From: an uncultured Spirochaetota bacterium
Lineage (GTDB): Bacteria; Spirochaetota; UBA4802; UBA5550
Direction: 5' to 3'
DNA: 64,000 nucleotides
Assembly (NCBI GenBank): GCA_942493035.1
Contig: OW818666.1
Span: forward strand, 4,129,464 to 4,193,463
The position numbers were made by a program, and so were the translations under genes. A model generated the notes under the pieces. It was not told where the DNA came from. It made no database searches and saw only the letters and a program-made list of their open reading frames with translations. This document shows positions 29,627 through 38,863 of this stretch, piece by piece; within the stretch, counting starts at the first letter, position 1, and each line of letters opens with the position of its first letter.

Positions 29627-29794
29627 TATGTTATGTCATTAATTGTTCTCAAAACTGTAGAGCTTGTATCTCTGCAGCGCCTACTGCACGGTAGAGAGCA
29701 TTTTTCCCATCAGTTTATAAATACTGTTCATACATGTGTTTTTAAGAAAAGCATTTATTCAGTAAGTTACTTCTTTCAGATTATTTTTATAAAT

Positions 29795-29922
29795 CAATAT
29801 TTATTCCTTAATTTTTATAGAGTATAAAAAGATCTATTATCCCCGGCGCCGAAGGCGGCGGGGATATGTATTTTTTGTTTTTCACACTAAATTTTTATTT
29901 TTCGAATAATCAATAATTACTG
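29795..29922 (-). mobile_element. MITE copy 3 (128 bp, reverse orientation), inserted in the 3' end of the slt gene
   Basis: Reverse-complement match to copies 1, 2 and 4; direct repeat TTTATAAAT at 29786-29794 and 29923-29931. Confidence 0.88.
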
Positions 29923-32217
29923 TTTATAAATAGATTCATATTGAATTAGACATTTTTTTGTTCTGAAAATATAATCCCTTGTTTCATCAAATGGTGTGAA
30001 TTCTGCAAAATAATCAATATCTTTATTAACCGGTCTTTTTTTCCATTTGCTGACATTTCCGGCGCCGGCATTATACGCTGCTGCCATATATTCAATCTGA
30101 CTATCAAAATATTTATTCAGCCATGCTATATAATTTGATCCGAACTTTATAGATGTGCATGGATCAAATAGGTCGTACTTTGAAGCACTGATTTTTTTCG
30201 AAATATCTTTAGCGGTATCCGGCATAAGCTGCATAAGACCAGACGCACCAACTGGTGATACTGCCCTGTGGTTGAAGTTTGATTCCACTTTTATCATGGC
30301 AAGTATGAGTTCAGGCTTAACTGAATTTTTTTTAGTTGCATCATCTACGCAATCTGCAAAAGCATATGGGTAGAGTGCCGCGGCAAAGTTTTGAGGTATA
30401 AGAGAAAGGTTTTCCTTCAGTTCAAGGAGGTTCAAAAGTTTGAAACTATAAAGAGTTGAAAAATTATAATATCTGTATTTCATTGAATAAACTGTTAATG
30501 CAAGAGCCAGATCTATCTGTGCTTCTTTATCATTTTCCGGAAAAAGTTTTATTTCTCGGTTTATTGCTTCTATATCCCCTGCATAAAAGTATAATTCCAT
30601 GTGTTTCACAAGCAGCTTATATCTGGAAGTGTAATGCGGATTATTCATTAAATCAGCCAGTTTTTTATAAGGGGATGTAACGGCTGTATCCAGTTGTTCT
30701 AATCTTTCCGTATAGGAAGTGGTATATCCGTTTTTTATAAAGAGCAGTGCGTGATAAAGTTGTAACTCATTACTATTGTTTTTTTTAGCGGCTTGTTGAA
30801 ATTTAGTTAACAGTTCTGATGTTTCCAGTTTATCGGCGTATAATTTAAGAAGAGATAAAGTGTGATATGAGTCCGGATTATTTACAGCAAGCTCTTCAAG
30901 AATTTTAATGTAGTTTAGTGAATTATTGTCTGCAGCTGATATTTTATTCATCCAGAATCTGCAGTATGATGTATAACTGTTATCGGGGTATCTGTTTATC
31001 CCTCTGGTGAAGTAATCAACAGCCTTCTGTTTGTTAGAGTAGTTCATATAGAAACGGCCCATTAACCATATAAAACGTCCACACTGAATTTCTTCGGGAA
31101 ACTTTTCTATATACATCTCCATGTACCTGATAAACTCAGGATTTTTTTTACTTTCATAAAAAAATGAAAGTCTTGTCAGAACTTTTTCAGATATTTTTAT
31201 ATCTGATGATGAGATAAGTCTGGTGTAGACTTTAACTGCCTTAATCTTTTTTCCCATTTCCCATAGTATATTCGCGTGTTCCAGTAAAAGCTCATCATAA
31301 CCGGATTTACCTTCTCTCTCTTTGAGAAATTCTGCCGCTTCCGGAGAATTTTTGATAGTGTGCATTTTCAGTATTATCATTTGACCATCAGATGATTCCG
31401 TTTCCGGAATCGCTGCTTCTGCAAGAGTAAGAGCTCTGTTGTAATCCTTTGCGTCGTATAGAGCTTTTGCGAATAATATGTTCTTGTCTGCTGAGTCGAG
31501 TTTTATCTTTTTCTCAGTTGTCAGGTAAACTAATCGTTTAGAGGCAACACTGTTCTGCCATACCCCGCCTGCGGATTTTATAACATTTAAATATGATTCA
31601 ACAGCGTTTTGTAAATCTCCTGCTGATTCATATATTGCTCCGAGACGTAAATGAATTAACGAAAGGGATTCGCTGTCTTTGTATGATGGGATTATCAGCT
31701 GCAGAGCGTCTATGGCGTTTTTAAAACGGTTAAGTTTTAAAAGAGATCTTGTTCGAAGGAGAACGGAATCCCTGTAGAGTGCTGAATCATCTCTTTCAAT
31801 GAGATCTGAAAATTTTAAGACATATTCATGTTCCCCATAATCATAAAAGATAGATGCAATTTTATAAATTGAATCTCTATAAAAAATACTCTTCTCATTT
31901 GGTGATCCGGTAAAACGATAAATCGGATCAGGGAAAAGCCTTATATTAAAATTAAAATTTTTATCAAAGCAGCTGTTGGTATAGTAAAGCAGGGCTTTCT
32001 TTAATTCTTTTTTGTTACGGTATGCACCTGCAAGAATATAATTGTTCTGACAGTTCCCGATCCTTTTGTCGAATTTGTGAATTATAGCTTCAGGCTTGCT
32101 GTAAAAAGCTTTTTCAGATAATGATGCTGATAATTCGTGGTTTATTAACGGTTCTGCAGATGAGAGTGAGATGATAGAAAAAGTAAAAAATAATACTGCT
32201 GTGATTTTTTCAATCAT
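29917..32217 (-). CDS. Soluble lytic transglycosylase with TPR/helical N-terminus
   Basis: KVESNF (catalytic Glu), GASGLMQLMP, AAYNAG, ETRDY. Confidence 0.92.
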   Translation of the reverse strand: MIEKITAVLFFTFSIISLSSAEPLINHELSASLSEKAFYSKPEAIIHKFDKRIGNCQNNYILAGAYRNKKELKKALLYYTNSCFDKNFNFNIRLFPDPIYRFTGSPNEKSIFYRDSIYKIASIFYDYGEHEYVLKFSDLIERDDSALYRDSVLLRTRSLLKLNRFKNAIDALQLIIPSYKDSESLSLIHLRLGAIYESAGDLQNAVESYLNVIKSAGGVWQNSVASKRLVYLTTEKKIKLDSADKNILFAKALYDAKDYNRALTLAEAAIPETESSDGQMIILKMHTIKNSPEAAEFLKEREGKSGYDELLLEHANILWEMGKKIKAVKVYTRLISSSDIKISEKVLTRLSFFYESKKNPEFIRYMEMYIEKFPEEIQCGRFIWLMGRFYMNYSNKQKAVDYFTRGINRYPDNSYTSYCRFWMNKISAADNNSLNYIKILEELAVNNPDSYHTLSLLKLYADKLETSELLTKFQQAAKKNNSNELQLYHALLFIKNGYTTSYTERLEQLDTAVTSPYKKLADLMNNPHYTSRYKLLVKHMELYFYAGDIEAINREIKLFPENDKEAQIDLALALTVYSMKYRYYNFSTLYSFKLLNLLELKENLSLIPQNFAAALYPYAFADCVDDATKKNSVKPELILAMIKVESNFNHRAVSPVGASGLMQLMPDTAKDISKKISASKYDLFDPCTSIKFGSNYIAWLNKYFDSQIEYMAAAYNAGAGNVSKWKKRPVNKDIDYFAEFTPFDETRDYIFRTKKCLIQYESIYKQ

Positions 32218-33023
32218 CAGTTTTCCAGAATATAGTTTTTGTACTCAGGAATTTTGTCAAGTTCAGGATTGGATGTAAATGCATCATATATGGAAGCAGA
32301 GGTTTCTATTTTATAGAAATTATCAAAATGAATTTTATTGTACTTCTCCTGATTTTCAGGGATATATTGGTCTATAAGATCCTTTACTGTATTAAATTTG
32401 TTATAATTAATTCGCCCCTTTTTTTCCGGCGGAATTCTGTTTTCAATTAACGCAATTATCCCGTATCGTTTACAGTATTTTGCATTCTTTATAGCTTTAA
32501 CATATTCATAAATTTTAATTGAATAATTTTTTTCCGGGAGGTTGTCCGACATAATTTTAACTTTTTCAGCCCAGTCAGCGGAACGGTATCCAAGAGACAT
32601 ATATTTCTTTGATGCTTTATTTCCGGTTTTAAGCACTTCAGGTGCTATTTCGTTAAGAAGTAAAGTTGCACTTTCGATTTCGCGGATAGCAATTTTACTG
32701 AATAGATTTATAAGTATCAGCTGTGAAGTTCTGATCTCGTTCATTGCAGGATTAAATGAAAATTTCATATAGAGCATTCGCGAAATCATATCCCGTCTTG
32801 ATGCTTCGAGAAATAATGCTTTCTCTTCATCGGTTCCGCTATTTGTTATTGTTGTATTAATAAAGTTCAAAAAATATCTGTTGTCTTTCAGACTTTTTTC
32901 TGAATGCCTCTGATTTCCCGCGCTGAGACTCGATTTAGTTCTCTGGGAATATGAAGGTTGTGCCAGAATAAGCAGTAAAGCTAATATTGATGAAATAAAA
33001 GCTGTAATTTTTTTAGAGGTCAA
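32217..33023 (-). CDS. Exported protein resembling the Leptospira OmpL37 adhesin family
   Basis: Signal peptide; IAPEVLK...LGYRS, YSIKIYEY...KRYGIIALI...PPEKK and HFDNF match my recollection of the OmpL37 pattern (not searched). Confidence 0.6.
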   Translation of the reverse strand: MTSKKITAFISSILALLLILAQPSYSQRTKSSLSAGNQRHSEKSLKDNRYFLNFINTTITNSGTDEEKALFLEASRRDMISRMLYMKFSFNPAMNEIRTSQLILINLFSKIAIREIESATLLLNEIAPEVLKTGNKASKKYMSLGYRSADWAEKVKIMSDNLPEKNYSIKIYEYVKAIKNAKYCKRYGIIALIENRIPPEKKGRINYNKFNTVKDLIDQYIPENQEKYNKIHFDNFYKIETSASIYDAFTSNPELDKIPEYKNYILEN

Positions 33024-33972
33024 AAATCATCCCCTCTCGAGCAAGGAGTATTTCTGTATTAACATCTGAAAGAAGTTCGGCATGCTCCAGCGCAAGCAGA
33101 TAATTCTCCTGAAGTATATCATCTGAATATGCGGGCTCATGGTGTGTCAAAATCAGTTTTTTTACATTCCAGTTTGTTGCGCAGTTAACGGCCATAGTAT
33201 AGCTGGTATGACCCCAGTCTGCCTTTAGAAAAGCTTCGTTCAAAGTATATTGTGAATCAAGTATAAGAATATCAGCTTTATTGAAAAATTCAGTCGTTGC
33301 TCCGGATGATTCAATTGTTTCACCTGTAAATTCAGTATCTGTAGCAAATATAAAAGTTTTATTTTTCTGAGTGAATTTATAAGCAAAACAGCCCTGCGGA
33401 TGTTTCAATGGGTAAATACTCAGAAAAAGGTCCTCTTCAAGCTGTAGAGGTGATGTTCTTGCATGCTCGATAAAATGATAATTTTTTGTTGAAGCAGTAC
33501 CCTGAAATGTTGCAGGGAAATATGGGGATGACATCTGGTTTTCGAGATATTCCTGCTGTTTTTTGTATGGAGAATAGAAATTCAGTACATTACCCTGAAC
33601 ATAAATAGGTCTGAAAAAAGGGAGTCCCTGTATATGGTCCCAGTGATTATGAGTAATCATAATATTAAGATTACCCTTACCTTTCCCGCAATCACCATCC
33701 ATAAGAACGTTTCCCAGTCTTCTTATACCTGTACCACAGTCGAGGATGTAAATATTTCCAGAGTTTGACGTAACTGTTACGCAGGTTGTATCTCCGCCGA
33801 AGACATAACGCAGCTCATCAGGGAGATCAGAGAGAAAACTGTTTATACTCTCTCTTCCCGTCAGTTGATTTTTAATTGCCAGGTCAAGAATCCGCTGAAG
33901 TTTGCCTGTATATTCTTTGTTGTTTATCGGGGAAGGGAGTGAGCCCCTCACACCCCAGAGTCTAATCTGCAT
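33013..33972 (-). CDS. MBL-fold metallo-hydrolase (phosphodiesterase type)
   Basis: WGVRGS.PSP, GGDTTC, LDCGTG, THNHWDHIQGLPFF, HPQG, DSQY, WGH, HHEP. Confidence 0.9.
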   Translation of the reverse strand: MQIRLWGVRGSLPSPINNKEYTGKLQRILDLAIKNQLTGRESINSFLSDLPDELRYVFGGDTTCVTVTSNSGNIYILDCGTGIRRLGNVLMDGDCGKGKGNLNIMITHNHWDHIQGLPFFRPIYVQGNVLNFYSPYKKQQEYLENQMSSPYFPATFQGTASTKNYHFIEHARTSPLQLEEDLFLSIYPLKHPQGCFAYKFTQKNKTFIFATDTEFTGETIESSGATTEFFNKADILILDSQYTLNEAFLKADWGHTSYTMAVNCATNWNVKKLILTHHEPAYSDDILQENYLLALEHAELLSDVNTEILLAREGMIFDL

Positions 33973-34322
33973 TTTTTAATACAGCTCCGTGAAAGTAATG
34001 GACAAAACGTTAATTATAATGAAAATATTTGTCAAATATATTAGATTAATAATAATATAATCTTGATTAATTAAGCAACTCATTTTAATATTTATAATCG
34101 AAGTTGAGATAAATTTATTTAAATATTTGTAATTACTATCTGGTGCAGGATTTAATATTTTATCAAAATGGAATATTTTTTTTGCTCAGATGATTATACC
34201 GTTTTTCACGATTGCAGACAGAAAAAAATAATAACTGCAAAAAATCCGGCGGCATCAGTATTCATCGCACCAGAGGTACGGCAAAGAGTAATTTTACCGC
34301 AAATTTTAAGTAGATACAAAAT

Positions 34323-35825
34323 ATGTTCAGGATATATATGATAACAGAGTATAGAAAACAGATTTATGAAAAAATTCTTAAAGGTGAACCGGTTAAGCTC
34401 AGTTTTAAATATGTGACCGATGATCTTTTAATGTTTATTAATAGTATTTTAACCAGAGAGCTGGCTAAACATGATTTACAATATCTTATATATTCTGTTG
34501 TAACTATTTTAAGGGAGTTAATTGTAAATGCATTAAAAGCAAATACTAAGAGAATTTTCTTTGAAAGCAATAATCTGGATATAAATAATCCCTCAGATTA
34601 CATTGAAGGAATTGAAAGATTTAAAAATGAGATTGTCGGTGATTTTGATTCTATCAAAGATATAATTCAACAGAATGATCATAGTATTAATTTAAATATA
34701 ATTGAAGAGAAAGAAGCTCTTTTATTTACAATAAAGAATAGCGTTGCTATTATTCCTGAAGAATTGGCAAGAATTAACATGAGAATTGCTCTGGCTGTTG
34801 AAAAGAACAGTTTTAATGATATATATGACACCATTGAAGATGAAACAGAGGGTGCAGGTCTCGGGTTAGCCCTTATTGTAATGTTTCTTAAAAGCATGGG
34901 TGTAGCCCCTGCTGCATTTAATTTAAAGAGTGACGGAAAAGTAACTGTTGCATCAGTTCAGCTCCCTTATCAGCTCAAACCGGCCGAAGTTACTACTACG
35001 GTAAAAAAACAGATACTTGAAGAGATAACAGGTATACCTACTTTTCCTGAAAATATTATAACGCTGCTTCAGATGTGTTCAAGCCCTGATGCTGACATTG
35101 AAAAAATTGCACAGACAATAAAACTTGATGTATCAGTAACATCTGATGTAATAAAACTGGCAAACTCAGCAGGTTTTATATCCGGGCAGAAGGTTGATGA
35201 TATCAACAGGGCCGTGATGAAAATCGGTCTAAAAAATCTTAAGAATATTCTTCTTGCCAGTAATGCAAGGAAAATTATGGAGAGCAGATACAGCAAGTTT
35301 GAAGAGATCTGGGAGCATTGCAACAGGGTCGCTTTTTATTCAAGACAGATTGCTCTTACATTTAAAGTTCCCGGCGGCGCTGCTGATAATGCTTATGTTG
35401 CGGGACTCCTTCACGATCTGGGCCAGGTGGTTCTACTTGCTGTAGATATGGAATCGGTTAGAAAAATTGCAGAGATTGTTCATGACAGGAATATTATTTC
35501 AACCACTGTTATGGAGGAACTCTCCATAGGTATAAGTCATGCAGAGATTGGAAATATGGTTTCTGAAAAGTGGAATTTTCCCGAATTTCTGGCTCAGATA
35601 ATCAGGCATCACCACTCACCTTTAAATCTGCCTGAGGAGTTCAGGGATGTGGGGTTTTGTGTCTATCTTGCAAACATGATTGCAGGAATTGAGAAGAGAA
35701 AATATTACTATTATTATATTGAAGAGATGGTTCTGGAAAAATTCAGCATAAAAGATGAATCTGAATTATTAAAACTGAATGACTTCCTTAAATCTGAATA
35801 CAGTAATGCTCAGAAGAAATTCTGA
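34323..35825 (+). CDS. HDOD-domain signalling protein with N-terminal GHKL/HATPase-like region
   Basis: RELIVNA and GAGLGL boxes; IPTFP, IKLANS, AGLLHDLG, HAEIG, WNFP, HH.P. Confidence 0.85.
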   Translation: MFRIYMITEYRKQIYEKILKGEPVKLSFKYVTDDLLMFINSILTRELAKHDLQYLIYSVVTILRELIVNALKANTKRIFFESNNLDINNPSDYIEGIERFKNEIVGDFDSIKDIIQQNDHSINLNIIEEKEALLFTIKNSVAIIPEELARINMRIALAVEKNSFNDIYDTIEDETEGAGLGLALIVMFLKSMGVAPAAFNLKSDGKVTVASVQLPYQLKPAEVTTTVKKQILEEITGIPTFPENIITLLQMCSSPDADIEKIAQTIKLDVSVTSDVIKLANSAGFISGQKVDDINRAVMKIGLKNLKNILLASNARKIMESRYSKFEEIWEHCNRVAFYSRQIALTFKVPGGAADNAYVAGLLHDLGQVVLLAVDMESVRKIAEIVHDRNIISTTVMEELSIGISHAEIGNMVSEKWNFPEFLAQIIRHHHSPLNLPEEFRDVGFCVYLANMIAGIEKRKYYYYYIEEMVLEKFSIKDESELLKLNDFLKSEYSNAQKKF

Positions 35826-36979
35826 GCATTACATACAGCTTCGTTATAAACTTCCTTTAATGGAACATTATATTTTATTGCTGCATTTTTACAATCTTCA
35901 TATTCGGGTGATAGAGTAACAGGATTCCCATTAAATTTGTGGATCTTCACTTTTATTATTCCGAATTTTGTTTCAATACCCTGCAGGGTTCTTTCCAGTA
36001 TTTTCCTTTTTACTATATTTATTCTAACACCGGATGTTGTTGTTTCTCTGAAAACAATCTCTGTAATACGGTCTGACTTTTCTTTTGGTGAAAGAATTTT
36101 CAGTATGTGACCGGGGCGGTTTTTTTTCATTACAGCCGGGATAACAGAAATATCCAGAGCCCCATTCATTAAAAGAAGTTCAAACAGATAAGAGTAGATT
36201 TCAGGATTCATATCGTCAATTGAAGCTTCCAGTTCGAACACTTCGTCATCAGTTTTATGAATATTTTCATCGTCGCCGATGAAAAGACGGAGTACGTTTG
36301 GAATATCAAGATTTTTTGTACCTGCACCATATCCGATTGATTCTGTTTTCAAATCCGGAAGTGAAGTGAAGTCCCGGCAGTAGTGTTTAATAATTGCGGC
36401 GCCGGTTGGAGTGGTTAATTCGGCTTTAATACCATTTGAGTAGAGAGGTATACCCTTGAGTATCTCGGCAGTTGCAGGAGCAGGAACCGGGAGAGTGCCG
36501 TGTGCGGTCTCTATAAATCCGCTGCCTGTGTTGAGAGGAGATGAAACGGCTTTTTCTATTCCGGCTTTATGAAAACATATTGCAGCACCGCAGACGTCAA
36601 TAATTGAATCTATCCCGCCTATCTCATGGAAGTGTATAGATTCGATATCCGTGTTGTGAATCAATGCTTCAGCTTTTCCGATTATATTAAAAATTGATAC
36701 GGCATTGTCTTTTACTGATGAATGGAGTGTGCTCGACTCAATTATTTTTACAATGGAGCTCAATGACCGGTGTGACTGATCGGATATTACTTCGACATCA
36801 AATTTTGAAGCTGAAATATTATTTTTCAGACATTTTTTATATGATAATGTGTATCCGTCTATATTGAGTTTTTTTAATTCTTTTTCAAGATAAGAGAAAT
36901 CAACGCCTGTATCTAAAAATGCGCCGATTATCATATCGCCACTTACTCCTGCAAAGCAGTCAAAATAGGCTATTCTCAT
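35810..36979 (-). CDS. larC: Nickel insertase for the nickel-pincer cofactor (fused C1-C2)
   Basis: YFDCFAGVSGDM, IHFHEIG..DSI.D, HGTLPVPAPAT, ELTTPTGAA, GYGAG, IDDMNPE, MKKNRPG, ETTTSGVR, PEYED. Confidence 0.95.
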   Translation of the reverse strand: MRIAYFDCFAGVSGDMIIGAFLDTGVDFSYLEKELKKLNIDGYTLSYKKCLKNNISASKFDVEVISDQSHRSLSSIVKIIESSTLHSSVKDNAVSIFNIIGKAEALIHNTDIESIHFHEIGGIDSIIDVCGAAICFHKAGIEKAVSSPLNTGSGFIETAHGTLPVPAPATAEILKGIPLYSNGIKAELTTPTGAAIIKHYCRDFTSLPDLKTESIGYGAGTKNLDIPNVLRLFIGDDENIHKTDDEVFELEASIDDMNPEIYSYLFELLLMNGALDISVIPAVMKKNRPGHILKILSPKEKSDRITEIVFRETTTSGVRINIVKRKILERTLQGIETKFGIIKVKIHKFNGNPVTLSPEYEDCKNAAIKYNVPLKEVYNEAVCNAQNFF

Positions 36980-36984
36980 AAAAT

Positions 36985-37731
36985 TTATCCCCGGTTAATT
37001 ATTGCTGCAAGATATCCTGCACCGAATCCGTTATCGATATTTACTGTTGAAACGCCAGGTACACAGCTATTTATCATCGTAAGGAGAGCAGCTGCACCTC
37101 CAAAGTTTGCACCGTATCCTACACTCGTAGGGACCGCAATTACCGGTCTGCTGACCAGACCCGCCGCCAGGGAGGGGAGAGCTCCCTCCATTCCTGCTAC
37201 TGCCACAATTACGTTTGCACTCTGCAGCAGGTCAATTCTTGCAAGGATACGGTGAACACCGGCTATTCCGACATCGAATAATCTGTCAACAGGTGAGCCC
37301 ATTACCTCTGCCGTGATGGCAGCTTCTTCGGCGACGGGTATATCTGTGGTTCCTCCGGTTATTACGAGGATTCTTTTTTCAGTTACAGGTTCAGGGATTT
37401 TGCCGATGATAATTACCCGTCCGTGAGTGTTGTATGCTATTTCAGAAAAATACGGTTTAAGGAAGGTATATAGTTCTATCGATGCTCTTGTTGCCAGAAT
37501 TACTCTGTTATTCATTGAGAGTCTTTCCGCAATCTCTTTTACCTGCTGATCTGTTTTACCTTCGGCATATATAACTTCAGGCTGTCCGGTTCTTATGGGC
37601 CTATGGTGATCAATGCATGCAAAATCTATGTCTTCATATGGAAGTGATTTAAGCATGGAGAAGGCTTCATCGTTTGTAATCTCGCCTTTCTGTATTTTTT
37701 CAATTAGCGACTTTATTTTTTCCTCATTCAC
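36985..37731 (-). CDS. larB: Nickel-pincer cofactor carboxylase/hydrolase
   Basis: DHHR..RTG.PEVIY.EGKT, GTTD.PVAEEA, DVGIAG.HR, AGMEGALPS, PTSVGYG, VNIDNGFGA. Confidence 0.96.
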   Translation of the reverse strand: MNEEKIKSLIEKIQKGEITNDEAFSMLKSLPYEDIDFACIDHHRPIRTGQPEVIYAEGKTDQQVKEIAERLSMNNRVILATRASIELYTFLKPYFSEIAYNTHGRVIIIGKIPEPVTEKRILVITGGTTDIPVAEEAAITAEVMGSPVDRLFDVGIAGVHRILARIDLLQSANVIVAVAGMEGALPSLAAGLVSRPVIAVPTSVGYGANFGGAAALLTMINSCVPGVSTVNIDNGFGAGYLAAIINRG

Positions 37732-38558
37732 TGCTTTTCCTCTATGTTTATGTTCATGCTCCCTGTCCGGTATCCCTGAAGATCGAGAGTTATATACTTA
37801 AAGCCTGATTCTTTAAGATCTGCAAATACTTTTTTCCGCATTGCCGAAGATGCAATCTCTTCAATCATGTCCTCTGCAATTTCAATGCGTAGAATCTCAC
37901 CATGAAGTCTGGCGCGAATTTTTTTAAATCCGTATGAAGTTAAAATTTTTTCTGCAATCACGGCTTTATTCACAAGCTCAACTGTTAACGGTGTCCCGTA
38001 TGGAATTCTTGTCGCCAGACAGGGATATGATTCTTTTTCTGAAGTCGGGAGTTCCAGGTATGAGGATAATTCATATATACTTTTTTTATCAAAACCGGCA
38101 ATCTTTAAAGGGCTTAGAACTCCCAGTTCATCTATTGCTTTCATGCCGGGTCTGTAATCATTCATATCTCCGGAATGAGATCCTTCCAGAATAGTATTAA
38201 TTCCTTCCGCTGATGCGGCAGAGATGATATTATTTAAAATAATGGTTTTGCAGTGATAACATCTTTCAGGGTTGTTATCAGTTATTTTTTTAAAAGAAAA
38301 TATATCTATATCGATAATCCGGTGATCAATGTTGAGTGAAGATATAACAGATACTGCTGATCTGATTTCATCTTCGGTAATCATCGCGGTATTTACGGTA
38401 TAAGCAATAAGTTTTAAATCTGGATTTAATGATGCAGCAAAGAGCAGCAGTGTACTGTCAACACCTCCGGAGTATGCAATAGCCGCAGATTCGATAGTTG
38501 AAAGATAATGTTTTAGATTAAAAAATTTCTTTTCAGTTTCAGATGAGAGTTTTATCAC
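37728..38558 (-). CDS. larE: ATP-dependent sulfur transferase for the nickel-pincer cofactor
   Basis: GTG start; AYSGGVDS PP-loop, RCYHCK, DYRPG, PCLATRIPYG, GYRTGSMN. Confidence 0.95.
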   Translation of the reverse strand: MIKLSSETEKKFFNLKHYLSTIESAAIAYSGGVDSTLLLFAASLNPDLKLIAYTVNTAMITEDEIRSAVSVISSLNIDHRIIDIDIFSFKKITDNNPERCYHCKTIILNNIISAASAEGINTILEGSHSGDMNDYRPGMKAIDELGVLSPLKIAGFDKKSIYELSSYLELPTSEKESYPCLATRIPYGTPLTVELVNKAVIAEKILTSYGFKKIRARLHGEILRIEIAEDMIEEIASSAMRKKVFADLKESGFKYITLDLQGYRTGSMNINIEEKQ

Positions 38559-38619
38559 TTAACCTTCCAGTTATAAATTTATTTGGAGTCAATTAATCTT
38601 TAAAATATTTTTTTGAGAT

Positions 38620-38741
38620 CAGTAATTATTCCTGAATATATTTTTTAGTGTAAAAAACAAAAAATTATATATCCCTGTAATCTTCGGCAGCGCGGATAAT
38701 AGAACTTCTTTTACTATAGAAAAGTTAAGAAATAAATACTG
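38620..38741 (+). mobile_element. MITE copy 4 (122 bp), central hairpin partly decayed
   Basis: CAGTAATTATTCCT...AGAAATAAATACTG; flanks TTTTGAGAT (38611-38619) and TTTTGAAAT (38742-38750), 8/9 identical. Confidence 0.85.
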
Positions 38742-38863
38742 TTTTGAAATATATTTGAATTAAATATTGATTAAAAATATAATGTTGGAATAATTATATA
38801 AGTTTAATTTATATGTAAATGATAATTTGCAATATCTAAAAATTTAGATTATGGAGAGATTGA

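Noticed and set aside
29640-29760. Minus-strand protein-like fragment (TDGKNALYRAVGAAEIQALQF)
   Set aside because: Short, interrupted by stops, no recognisable family; cannot be called a pseudogene.
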